Shown piece after piece: positions 41,681 to 54,073 of a stretch of 64,000 nucleotides of DNA. The translations under genes and the position numbers were made by a program. Each line of letters starts with the position of its first letter. The stretch's first letter is position 1. Below the pieces are notes generated by a model. The model searched no databases and was not told where the DNA came from. It saw only the letters and a list, made by a program, of their open reading frames with translations. Source of the DNA: Eledone cirrhosa (taxonomy: Eukaryota); the NCBI GenBank assembly GCA_964016885.1, contig OZ024742.1, positions 82,274,001-82,338,000 on the forward strand, written 5' to 3'.

Positions 41681-42014
41681 ACAGGGAGAAAGAGACGATT
41701 ATTAGGAAGAAAAATATATTTTTTTCATTTGTTGCTTCTCTCTTTTTTCTGGGTTAGAAAATGATTAAAAAGAAATGTTTTACTTTGTGTGAAGTGTTAA
41801 GGTATTCGTTGATTTATTTATTATTTAACAATGACATTTATTTATCTATGTCTATATTTAATAATTCTCTATTACCGGTTTCACCATTTTTATGCTTATC
41901 AAATGATAGTGAAATGTATTAGTGTGGTGTCACATGTTAAACAGAAGGTGCAGAAAGAATAATATTATTTACAAACAAGGTTTATGAAGTGAAAAGAAAA
42001 AAGAAAAAGGAAAA

Positions 42015-42020
<6 letters not shown>
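41675..42020 (-). mobile_element. Solo pLTR of the 49.5-52.7 kb PLE family in (TA)n
   Basis: Colinear with 49495-49835. Includes the TTGATAA...GAAA-ccgg-TA HHR variant at about 41865-41915. Confidence 0.85.
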
Positions 42021-42108
<88 letters not shown>

Positions 42109-42290
42109 CAAACATTTGACCACGCAAACCGAGGAATATTGTTAAAGCACTCGCACTGCATCTTTGAGGCTTGTGTTCTATTAATAGCATTGTCAAATAT
42201 TATTGATAGAGATCGACTATAAGTATCATAGTCATTTACATTGAGACAAAAATATTACACACGCAAACAGTCACGCATACACACACACAC

Positions 42291-42350
<60 letters not shown>

Positions 42351-42935
42351 ATACATATGTGTGTTTGATTTTTCCAGGGGGGGGGGGGGCACGCTGTGTC
42401 CTTAATCCAATATATTTGGAATTTTATTTACGTATGTTTATTCTCTAGATACGTCTGAAGTACATAGAAAATCGAAAAGAAAAACACAAATATTTTTCCA
42501 TATTGAAAATTGCAGGCTAAGAGCTATTTTGGGTTCTTATTAAACAATGCTGCTGCCGGGTATGTACACAATTAGAGCCAACGAATTAAAATACTTTATA
42601 GCTGGAGGAAACAAATTAATTGCTATTGGAACATGAAAGTGGATATATCGAGGTAGGAAATGAAGGAAGCAAATGTAACTAAAATCAATGCTTCTTGTAG
42701 AAAATGTTTGTTACATGTATAAAAGTGTAAAAAGAAAATATATACACACAATTATGTAGATAGATATGTACGCACACACACACACATACATACATACAAA
42801 CATGCATGCATATATATATATTAATAAAAGGAATTGAAACTTTGTCTGATTTACGAGTTTTATTTACGATCCTTTAAAATTATAATTATTTTATAATGAA
42901 ATAGTATTGTAGAATATTAACTGTTAAATGTTAAT

Positions 42936-42974
42936 TGAACAAGTACTTTCATGCTTTCGCAATCATCAGGTTCA
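42936..42974 (-). ncRNA. pLTR type I hammerhead ribozyme (partner on + at about 48086-48123; partly deleted copy at about 43910)
   Basis: tgaac-CTGATGA-t tgc gaaa gca t-GAAA-gtac-TT-gttca. Confidence 0.88.
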
Positions 42975-43299
42975 GATTCAATGGTGACAGTCAAGTTTGC
43001 AATTTTCAACTGAAATGAGATGGGTAAAATCTGTACCTTATATACATTAAAAAGCGGCTACAGAATGCTAGGTTTTGCAGACTGTATTTCGACCAATCGG
43101 TGTGTAGTTTAACTAGATTACCAAAGCTGATTGGTTTAGGCGTAACGGTTGGTTGAGTACGTCTAACGACTCCTATTTGACCCTATCTAAAGCATCAATT
43201 GTTTGGCTATTTTTAGAAATGATGAAAATAGTATATTCTAGGATTTTTATAAAAAAATCTTCAGTAATGATCAACATCCACATCATTTTTATTATTATT

Positions 43300-43332
<33 letters not shown>

Positions 43333-44100
43333 AGTGGTGGCAGTCTGCATAGTCATAGGCGTAGTCACAGTGGAAGTAATACCCCTAAGCATTATTATTG
43401 TTCATTTAGAATTTATCAATATAATTCTTTTCTTTAATTTTTCTCTTGATTTCACTTGGGCTGTGTAATTTGTAGAATGGAAATATTATAAATATTTTCT
43501 GACCACATGTTTCTAGATGGTTACTCAGGGGTATCTGACGGACATTTGAGTCTCTGATTTGCTGTCGGTACACCGGTACACGTTCCGATTGTGCATTTCC
43601 AGTTTGACCGACATATAGTTCTTCACAAACCGGGGATTTAATGCAGTAAATTAGATTTCTGCTTTTGCAGTTCATATTTGCATTTGGGAATATTTTTGCA
43701 GTTTTTGTGTTCATATATTGACCAGTATGTATGAACTGACATGTGTAACATCGACTATTTGGTAATCAGGTGAAACTACACACCGATTGGTCGAAATACA
43801 GTCTTCAAAGGCTAGCATTCTGTAGCCTCTTTTTACTGTATATAAGACACAGATTTTACCCATCTCATTACAGTTGAAAATTGCAAACTTGACTGTCACC
43901 ACTGAATATGAACCTGAAGATTGCGACTACTTTTTCAATTAACATTTAACAGTTAATATTCTACCATACTATTTCATTATAATATCATTATAATTTTAAA
44001 GGATTGTAAATAAAAAGAGTAAATCAGACAAAGTTGGAATTCCTTTTATTAATATAATCTTCTATACACACTCATACACACCCGTGTATATTTATTTATA

Positions 44101-44153
<53 letters not shown>

Positions 44154-44172
44154 CTATTTTGTATATGCAAAC

Positions 44173-47100
44173 ATGTCTGGAAAGCAATAAATGAAATCAA
44201 CAGAATCAGAAAGAATTCTAAAGGAGATATCATGGAAATTATCAACACTTTTCAAGATGACTGGCACGCCATCCTCTATGTTAAAGGAAATAGAAAAACA
44301 ATCTACAGGCGGAAAACTTATAACTGAACATATAAACTCTGAAATTAAACATTTAGCTGAAAATTATACCAACTGTTATTAAAGATACAAGAGAAAGCCT
44401 ACCACAACCCTCTTGCATGTCAGAACTAAACGAAAGAAATTTGGAAAAAGAAACTCATCGAATAAGAAAAGAAATGTGGAAAACATGGAAAACATTTCTT
44501 AACATAAGAAAACAAAACTTCTGGAAAGCATACAAATGCGAAAAATATGTCGTAACACATTCGAAATGGCTCTCTCTAACGGCACCCATACTACCTCGCA
44601 AATACTTAATTAAAGAAATTGCAGGAGAACCAGAAGAAAAACAAAACTCTGTTGGGAACTTACATTGACAAAATTCAGAACCGACATCTCCATTACTCAA
44701 TGTAAACAATCCCGCTACAAAGCCAAATACGAAGCTATTGATGACCAAATTGAAGTCGAAATTTCGAAGCTAACGACAGGTAATAAAGCTGAAACATTAC
44801 GAGAACTATGGATCAGAGATTTCTCAAAAGAAGAAAGCAAATCAAGAAAGTTATGACAACAGAAACAATTATTTCTCGACGAAAATGCTGCAAATTACGG
44901 TAAAGACTCTCGAACTCTGAAAAAAAAGCATTAAAAGTGGACAATCTTGCCAACACAACATACGTCAGAACACGAGGCAACACAAACACTCACCTCACAT
45001 TGAATCAAAGAAGAACTACGGTAAGAACTCTTCGCTTTTTCTACAAAAACACCCTAAGGCACACAACATGAATAAAAAGCACAAACACGATAGATATTCC
45101 TTTGACCAGACCATGAGAAGTAGAAAAAACAGGAGATCATTCTCTATATCTCAACAGAGACTACCCACAAGAAACAGGGAAAAAACCCGTAGAATAACCA
45201 GTTCGCTCTCAAGATCTCAACAGAGATTACCCACAAGAAACTGGGCGAAAAAAACGATGTAAACCAGAAAGCAAACCTAGGTGATTTTCCCAGATTGTTA
45301 AAAATAATGTTAACAAGAAATGGAAAAATAATATACATAATACCAAAAATAGGACAAACAACATAACGAAACTAAGCATAATATCACGACCAAAAGTTCA
45401 TCAAGCAAACACCAACAGAGAAAAATCCAATTTGTATCGTCAGGGCAACAAAAACCGGAAAAAAGAAAAACTCCAGGAGGAAACATACCCAAAAAAACTG
45501 AACACGTAGATCATAAAATAATTAATTTATCCAAAAGAGATATTGACAATGATGAAATGCAAACTCTGTCAAAAGGACTGAAATTTACACCGACTCCAAC
45601 AGTCAACTAGCAAGAACTAATGTAGGATACCCAAGAATTCTGTCGTAAATTATGACTTGTAGAATTCTTCGCTGATAAAATAATGAGAGTGATGAATCAC
45701 TAGTAAAGAACAAATCAAATTTCACTCCGCCAAAAGGAAGAAATATCTATCTCTACCAATACATTGATATCCTGTCTCAATTTCCTCTAAGACGTAATAT
45801 TAATGTTAGGCCAAACATTAACCAATCGGAAGGGTCTACACTTAAACGTACACAAAATGATAAACAAGCAGATAAAGGGGGTGCAATTGTTATAATGGAT
45901 GCTGAATGCTACAAAAATTTGGTTGAGGAACAACTGAAAGACACAACATTCTACCATGAAATACAGTCAAATATAGACCACAACATCATGAAGAAGAACA
46001 ACAACCTGGCTTCAAAATACTACAACTAACTTACTGATAAGGAAAGAGATTATATCACCAATTTTGAGCCAAAACCCAGCAACCTGTATGGCCTACCAAA
46101 CATTCATAAGACAAAGGAAATCCAACTGGCAGTCAAAGAACAAAAAGGGGAGTACATTAAATTACTACACCCAAAAGACTTAACACTTAGATCTATTATA
46201 GCTAGTACAACATGCCCTTCCTACCGTCTAAGCAATTTTGTTGAGACTATTTTGAAACCACATACCCAGTTTTATCCGGGATGATATCGACTTCCTGTCC
46301 CATTTTCCCAAAACCACGGAAAGGAATTCACTTCTACATAGCTTTGATGTGGTAAGCCTTTACACCAACATTACACATGATTTAGAAATAAAGGCGGTGA
46401 AATACTGGGAGGAAAAACATAGAGAAGTGATTCCCACCACATTCACAGCGCCATTTATATTAGACGCACTCAGACTTATTGTGGAAAACAACACTTGTTT
46501 CTTAAATGGAAAGAATTACATTCAAATGAGAGGCACAGCGATGGGAACCAAGTTTTCTCCCATTTACGCGAACTCTGTAATGGGATACTTAGAACAACAA
46601 CTCTAACAAGAAATAGAGGAAAAATATAGCAGTGAATTTAGAAAGTGAATTGAAAAGTCTTGGAAGAGATACATTGACGTCTATTTCATCATGTGGGCAC
46701 AATCTCTAGATACTCTGGATGAGTTCAACATCCCCCTGAATAACCTCCATCAATCTCTCCAATTTACAAAAGAGATGAATAGTACAAACTACCATTCCTA
46801 GATATGATGGTAATCAAAAATGACACCACCATTACCCCGGATATACACTATAAACACACAGCCACCCATCAATATGTGAATTTTAAGTTGTGCCATCCAC
46901 CTGATACAAAACGCAACATCCCATACTGCCTAGCCAGAAGAATGTATACCATTGTAGAAGATACGAATACCAGAAACAAACGCCTAACAGAAATGAGACA
47001 AATTTTGCACAATCAAAAATACCCATCTCTACTTATATTAACAGCGGGCTATAAAAATACCTATACAACAACTTAGGACAACCCAAGGAAGAAGAAACCA

Positions 47101-47676
47101 AGAACTGGTCATACCATTCATAATGACACAGCCCATGTCACCAGAATATCTTCAGCACTGCCAAAGCAAACCTACCGACCATTTCTCAAAGTTAATAATT
47201 AAAAGGTTTAATCACAGACCGATCTTTGACTCATAGTATAAGACGGCTGAAAAAGTTTAAGCAATTACTAACAAATGCAAGGTTTGACCTCAAAAACAAA
47301 GACCAATCATTCACTGTATTTCACTGTATCTAAATGCAATGATAGTTGATGTGGCACATGTCAGTTCATACATACTGGTCAATATATGAACACAAAAACT
47401 GGAAAAATATTCCCAAATGCAAATATGAACTGCAAAAGCAGAAACCTAATATATGTCGGTCAAACTGGAAATCCACTATCGGAACGTGCATGGGTGCAAC
47501 GACAGCAAATCAGAGACCCAAATGTCCGTCAGATACCCCTGAATAAGCATCTAGCAACATGTGGTCAGAAAATATTTATAATATTTCCATTCTACAAATT
47601 ACACAGCCCAAGTGAAGTCAAGAGAAATAATAAAGAAAAGAATTTTATTGATAAATTCCAACCGAAACTAAATTAA
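44173..47676 (+). pseudogene. PLE polyprotein (RT + C-terminal GIY-YIG), multiple stops and frameshifts
   Basis: IINLSK...LSKGLKFTPTP, KQADKGGAIVIMD, LYGLPNIHK, SFDVVSLYTNI, GTAMGTKFSPIYAN, WKRYIDVY, LPFLD, NCKSRNLIY(...)YVGQTG..ER...QQI, FIDKFQPKLN. Confidence 0.92.
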
Positions 47677-48472
47677 AAATAATAATGCTTAGGTTATTAC
47701 TTCCACTATGACTACGCCTACGACTATGCAGACTACCACCACTAACAACAACAACAACAATAATAATAATACAAGTGATGTGGATGTTAATGATTACTGA
47801 AGATTGTTTATAAAAACCATAGAAAATACTATTTTCATCATTTCTATAAATAGCAAGACAATTGATACTTTGGATAGGGTCAAATAGGAGTCGTTAGACG
47901 TACTCAACCAACCGTGACGCCTAAACCAATCAGCTTTGGTAATCTAGTTAAACTACACACCGATTGGTCGAAATACAGTCTACAAAATCTAGCATTCAGT
48001 AGCCCCTTTTTACTGTATATAAGGCACAGATTTTACCCATCTCATTTCAGGTGAAAATTGCAAACTTGACTGTCACCATTGAATATGACCTGAAGATTGC
48101 GAAAGCATGAAAGTACTTGTTGAATTAACATTTAACAGTTAATATTCTACCATACTATTTCATTAAAGGATTGTAAATAAAACGAGTAAATCAGACAAAG
48201 TTTGAATTCCTTTTATTACTATAATCTTCTATACACAATGATACATACCCGTGTATATTTAATCATATATATAAATAAAGTATCGAGTATATGTTGGTTG
48301 TATAGCAACACCTCAGTATGCAGATTGGAGCACTCGACGAAATGCGCAGATTGGTTACTCCGGAGTAATGTAAAATAAACTAAAATAAATAGGTCAAATA
48401 TTTAAAATAAACGAAGCCAAATTTAAAATATTTGTCTTATTTATTTTAGTTTATTTTATATATATATATATA

Positions 48473-49218
48473 AATATATATGGATGTAAATATAATGTAT
48501 TTTGCAATACAGTTTATGCTTAATTAAAAGCATTTTGAAGACCGTAAGCTATTGTTTTAAAGTAGTGACAAATTCACTCACTTCGATCTCAGCAAACAGG
48601 AGGAGATAAGCCGACATGACATGTTTCGCTTTTGTTGAAGCTTATCAGGGCCAACTACCCCGCCCGTCTGCTGAGATCAATGATGTTATATTCTTATAGA
48701 AATCTAGTAAATAATCAGGAGCTGATTATGCAGAGCGGTTGTTGGTCAGGCAGAAATTAAAAATTAGAATTGTAGCTCTGAAATAGCAATATATATATGG
48801 ATGTAAATATAATGTATTTTGCAATACATTTAATTAAGCATAAAGTGTATTGCAAAATACATTATATTTACATCCATATATATATTGCTATTTCAGAGCT
48901 ACAATTCTAATTTTTAATTTCTGCCTGACCAACAACCGCTCTGCATAATCAGCTCCTGATTATTTACTATAAGAATATAACATCATTGATCTCAGCAGAC
49001 GGGCGGGGTAGTTGGCCTTGATAAGCTTCAACAAAAGCGAAACATGTCATGTCGGCTTATCTCCTCCTGTTTGCTGAGATCGAAGTGAGTGAATTTGTCA
49101 CTACTTTAAAACAATAGCTTGCGGTCTTCAAAATGCTTTTAATTAAGCATAAAGTGTATTGCAAAATACATTATATTTACATCCATATATATATTGCTAT
49201 TTCAGAGCTACAATTCTA

Positions 49219-49220
<2 letters not shown>
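48473..49220. mobile_element. Retrozyme-like array A2: about 317-bp unit, about 1.1 copies plus about 1.25 inverted copies, inside (TA)n
   Basis: Unit restarts at 48481 and 48798, with a strand switch at about 48829. Homologous to A1 (agagcggttg..ggtc.ggcagaaatta.aaatt.gaat...gctctgaaatagc). Confidence 0.88.
49010..49057 (+). ncRNA. Type I hammerhead, U3-A8 core variant (partner on - at 48609-48656 has C3/A8)
   Basis: agttggc c-TTGATAA-gctt caacaa aagc-GAAA-catg-TC-at gtcggct. Confidence 0.72.
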
Positions 49221-49273
<53 letters not shown>

Positions 49274-49304
49274 CATATATATACATATATATACATATAT
49301 ATAT

Positions 49305-49405
<101 letters not shown>

Positions 49406-49457
49406 TATATACATATATATAATAATAATAAAATGTGGAGAGGAAGCAGACGAGTTA

Positions 49458-49499
<42 letters not shown>

Positions 49500-50619
49500 G
49501 TATGTGAGAAAGAGACGATTATTAGGAAGAAAAACTTTTTTTTTCCTTTTTTGTTTCTCTCTCTCTTTTTTCTGGGTTAGAAAATGATTAAAACGAAATG
49601 TTTACTTCGTATGAAGTGTTAAGGTTTAGTTGATTTATTTATTATTTAACAATGGCATTTATTTATCTGTTTATATATTAAATTATTTTCTATTTCCGAT
49701 TTCATCATTTGTATGCATTATCAAATGATAGTGAACTGTATTAGTGTGGTGTCGCACATGTTAAACAGAAGGTGCAGAAAGATTAATGCTATTTACAAAC
49801 AAGATTTATGAAGTGAAAAGAAAAAGGTGAAAAAACGTGCATAATGTAAAACATAAAAAGTCAATGCGGAAGAAAAAATAATGTTATTTACAAGCCAAAT
49901 CATTGAAGTTAAGCAGATCAAAATGTGTTAATATAGCAAGAGTGCCTTGTTGATCCATGATTCCGTGATGGAGGCCAATGGTGGACTGAGGCTTGATATG
50001 ATTTCCCTTTTTAGAGAGTTACTATGCAGGGGGAAGCAATTCTTGCTGGATGATATTTAATTTATTTAAGAAAAAGGATTAGGTAGGGTGTGAGGGAGGT
50101 AACTCTTGTAATTATTTGATTGTTTGTTGCAGTTTTAGATTGGTCCGATTTTTAGAGCATTAAGTAGGGGTTGAAATGTATTAATGAAATATGTTTTCTT
50201 ATTGGTTCGTTGGATGAAAGTAGCGTTGTCTATGAATTTGTAAAACGCTGTCCTTGTTTAAAATGGAATGTTGAACCTTCTATTAGATTTATGCATATGC
50301 CAGAGTTGGGCCTTCCGAATTTTGTTACTGTAGGGTTCATTATGAGGGTTTGTTGGATTTTGGCTTGTGTGAGGGTGTATTTTATGGATTTGGGTTGTCT
50401 TTTGCTCTTTATGTTGTTGTGTGTTTGAAGGATTTTGTTCATTCGTGGGTCTCTTTTTAGTAAAGGAATGTTCTGGAGGATGGTGTCGAATGCCTCATTG
50501 TTGAGGGGGTTGTGTGTGGAGATGTATGGTATGGTTTTTTGGTGGGAGGTGGTTGAGCATGTCAAGGTCGTCCCTTTTGAAGCTTTTTATATGGTTTAGG
50601 AAAGATTTAAGCAGAATAT

Positions 50620-52065
50620 CTAGGAAGTTGCTCAATAACGAACATACAACAACACTCAATAACGAACATACCCTACTAGTAACCTTTCATGTCATCAATT
50701 TATATTCCAATATCCCACACAACCTAGGTATAGAGGCAATGCAATTCTGGATGGAAAATTTCCCTAGTGAACTCCCACAACTCATCCCTAAAGAATTTGT
50801 GTTGGAGGGACTCAAATTCATCTTGGAAAACAATTACTTCGAATTCAATGCCAAATACTACAGACAGAAATGTGGGACTGCCATGGGCACGAAAGTGGCC
50901 CACTCATACGCCAACCTAGTCATGGGATATTTGGAAACCATTCTCTACCGCAAAGTTCTAGAGGAATACGGCAACCACTTCTACCAACACATATAAAAGA
51001 ACTGCAAGAGATATCTGGACGAATGCTTCATCCTCTGGCATGAAAGTATAGATAGACAGTTTGAGTTTAAAACCCTTTCTGAATCGACTCAACACAAACT
51101 TACAATTCACAATGGATTAGAGCCATGAACAACTCCCTTTCCCCGACATCCTAATCAAGAAAACAAGCAACAAAATAGAATCAGACATATACTACAAACC
51201 CACGGACTCCAACCAATACCTTCATTCAACTCGTGCCATCCTAGACACACCAAAATGGCAATTCGTTATAATCTAGCCAGAAGGATCTGCACAATAGTTT
51301 CAGATAAACACACATGCTACATACGAATAGAAGAATTAAAAAGACACTTATCAGCAGAACATACCCACCATCCCTAATCACCAATGTAATCCAACGTGCC
51401 CTAAAACTATACAACCAGGAACTCAGACACCCCAAACCCAGGAATGAACCGCAAAGAAAACTCTACCATACATCTCCACACACAACCCCCTCAATGAGGC
51501 ATTCGACACCATCCTCCAGAACATTCCTTTACTAAAAAGAGACCCAAGAATGAACAAAATCCTCCAAACAAACGACATCATAAAGAGCAAAATCCAACCC
51601 AAATCCGTAAAAAAACATCCTCACACAAGCCAAAATACAACAAACCCTCACAATGAACCCTACAGTAACAAAATGCGGAAGGACCAACTGTGGCATATGC
51701 ATAAATATAATAGAAGGTTCAACATTCCATTTTAAACAAGGACAGCGTTTCACAGTTAATCACAACTTTACATGTGCATCTGAAAACTTTATCTATGTTT
51801 TGACCTGCTCAGGTTGTCAAGAGCACTACATAGGACAGACAAAAGACAACCTACGTCAACGAGTTACCGTCCATAAATCACAAATTAAAATAGAGTAATA
51901 CAGTAAGATTGCATTTAGTGAACATATCGCCAATTGTGCTCCAAATCAACATCCAAACTTAAAAATTTTCCCCATTTACAAATTCATACACAGCGCTACT
52001 TTCATCCAACGAACCAATAAGTAAACATATTTCATTAATAAATGTCAACCCCTACTTAATGCTGT
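50620..52065 (+). pseudogene. PLE RT + GIY-YIG, disrupted
   Basis: LVTFHVINLYSNIPH, GTAMGTKVAHSYANL, RYLDEC, DIYYKPTDS; KCGRTNCGIC linker; FTCASENFIYVLTCSGCQEHYIGQT..LRQRVTVH. Confidence 0.92.
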
Positions 52066-52477
52066 AAATATCGGACCAATCTAAAACTGCAACAAACAAT
52101 CAAACATTTACAAGAGTTACCCCCCTCACACCCTACAATAATCCTTTTTCTTAAATAAATTAAATATCATCCAGCAAGAATTGCTTCCCCCTGCATGGTA
52201 ACTCTCTAAAAACGGAAATCAAACCTCAGTCCACCATTTGCCTCCATCACGTAATCATGGATCAACTAAGCACTCTTGCTATATTAACACATTTTGATCT
52301 GCTTAACTTGGCTTGTAAATAACATTATTTTTTTATTCCACATTGAGTTTTTATGTTCTAAATTATGCACGTTTTTTTCCTCTTTCTTTTTTCTTTTCAC
52401 TTCATAAACCTTGTTTGTAAATAACATTATTCTTTCTGCACCTTCTGTTTAAAATGTGCGACACCACACTAATACAT

Positions 52478-52527
52478 TTCACTATCATTTGATAATGCAT
52501 AAAAATGCTGAAACCGGTAATAGACAA
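52478..52527 (+). ncRNA. pLTR hammerhead-like motif, U3-A8 variant
   Basis: ttcactat cat-TTGATAA-t gcat aaaa atgc t-GAAA-ccgg-TA-atagacaa. The stem I junction is non-canonical. Confidence 0.6.
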
Positions 52528-52722
52528 TAATTAGATATATAAATAGATAAATAAATGCCATTGTTAAATAATAAATAAATCACTAATACCTTAATACTGC
52601 ACACAAAGTAAAGTAAAACATTTCGTTTTAATCATTTTCTAACCCAGGAAAAAGAGAGAGAGAAAGAAGAAAGGAAAACAAATATTTTTCTTCCTAATAA
52701 TCGTCTCTTTCTCCCTGTTTTC

Positions 52723-52768
<46 letters not shown>

Positions 52769-52774
52769 TGAGAC

Positions 52775-52807
<33 letters not shown>

Positions 52808-52843
52808 ATATATATATATAGAGATATAGATATATACATATAT

Positions 52844-52892
<49 letters not shown>

Positions 52893-52940
52893 AGACGTAA
52901 AATAAAAAAATTATAAAATTAACTTACTTACTAAAATTTC

Positions 52941-53023
52941 ACTCCCAACTAATTAGTTTCTGAAAGGGAATAAACATACTTTCCGAAGAAGTGTACGGAG
53001 AAGCCTTTCGTCATCAGGGAAGT
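52941..53023 (-). ncRNA. Type I hammerhead ribozyme with extended stem II, in a solo about 260-bp insert (52890-53150) between (TA)n tracts
   Basis: acttcc-CTGATGA-c gaaagg...cctttc a-GAAA-ctaattag-TT-gggagt: 6-bp stem I, 6-bp stem II base, 8-nt palindromic stem III. Confidence 0.85.
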
Positions 53024-53474
53024 CTATTCTCAGCTAAGTTTCCAGGCAATACGTGGACACAGGGAACTTATACAAAAATAATTCATTAGATGGAAAAAAA
53101 GCAAAGCGTGGACTAAATTCCTAGCCATTGAGAAAATCAGTGCCTACTGCGTTATATATATATATATAGATATATATAGATATATATATATATATATATG
53201 CGTGTGTGTGTTTGAGGGTGTTTTAGTATCAAACATACAAAAGGCAATGAGGGAAAGTTCTAATGTGGTAATATTATCATTGAATATTGAAATGGGGGGG
53301 GGGGGGTTACAACACCGAAGTATCTATTGAGTTATCGCCAATAAAATACATTACTCCAAATTCTGGAGAAGTAATATTTACAAAACCAGAATAATTTTCT
53401 GTAAAGCCAAATACAGAATCATTCTTTGTGGTATGAGAGCTTCAGAGCTCGTTCGAGACATACACACTTACACA

Positions 53475-53571
<97 letters not shown>

Positions 53572-53682
53572 GAAAAACTCGCATTACACTTATTGTAATC
53601 AGCCATGTAGATCGGAAATTTCTTTTTTATTTGAATTTGGCAATAGAATTCGGCTATTTACAGCTCGTATAGAGACAACTGA

Positions 53683-53806
53683 GTGGCCAGTCTACTGATA
53701 AGCAAATCTGGTTGATCAGTGGATCTGCTAATATGCAGATCTGACTGATCATCCAGTCTGCTTATATGCAAATCAGGCCGATCAGTCACTGTGTACTTTT
53801 GAAAAT
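53683..53806 (+). promoter_or_regulatory. Three about 33-bp repeats with octamer-like cores followed by a PSE-like motif
   Basis: AAGCAAAT, ATGCAGAT, ATGCAAAT (53766-53773), then TCACTGTGTACTTTTGAAAAT (53786-53806), which resembles a vertebrate PSE (TCACCGTAACTTGAAAGT-like). Confidence 0.45.
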
Positions 53807-53853
53807 AGCATATATTTTCACCAGCTCTGACAGTTTAGCAGGTGAATAGTAAG

Positions 53854-53897
53854 CTGTACTGATGAAGGGTGATACACAGAAACATTAGTGTATGCAG
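53854..53897 (+). ncRNA. Type I hammerhead ribozyme (weak stem II)
   Basis: ctgta-CTGATGA-agg gtg ata cac a-GAAA-cattagtg-TA-tgcag. Stem III is one change from the palindrome cactagtg. Confidence 0.72.
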
Positions 53898-54023
53898 ATC
53901 TGTTTACATGCCAACACAAGAGCAAGAATGAAGGGTTCATTCTACTGACATGACTATAAAATGGAGGCTTGTTTGCATAATTGCAAACGAATCGAATGTT
54001 ATTATTAATATTCGAAAAATATG

Positions 54024-54073
<50 letters not shown>

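Larger units (their letters stand above)
42820..48265 (+). mobile_element. Near full-length decayed Penelope-like element with inverted 5' duplication and direct pLTRs
   Basis: 42820-43750 is an inverted copy of about 47355-48220. Direct pLTRs at about 43770-44095 and about 47950-48265. The ORF lies between them, and the flanks are TA-rich. Confidence 0.92.
49495..52724 (+). mobile_element. 5'-truncated Neptune-like PLE with about 1-kb inverted duplication of its 3' end, in (TA)n
   Basis: 49495-50545 is an inverted copy (with an internal deletion) of about 51460-52724. RT and GIY-YIG lie on + from about 50620. Confidence 0.92.
53566..54020 (+). mobile_element. Solo about 443-bp retrozyme-like monomer (family C): octamer repeats, PSE-like motif and HHR
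   Basis: Terminal redundancy tattcgaaaaa at about 53567 and about 54009, with (TA)n on both sides. Confidence 0.65.

Noticed and set aside
44173-47676. Selenocysteine (UGA) recoding as in Naiad-type PLEs
   Set aside because: The interruptions include TAA, TAG and frameshifts, and the endonuclease is C-terminal, so ordinary decay explains them.
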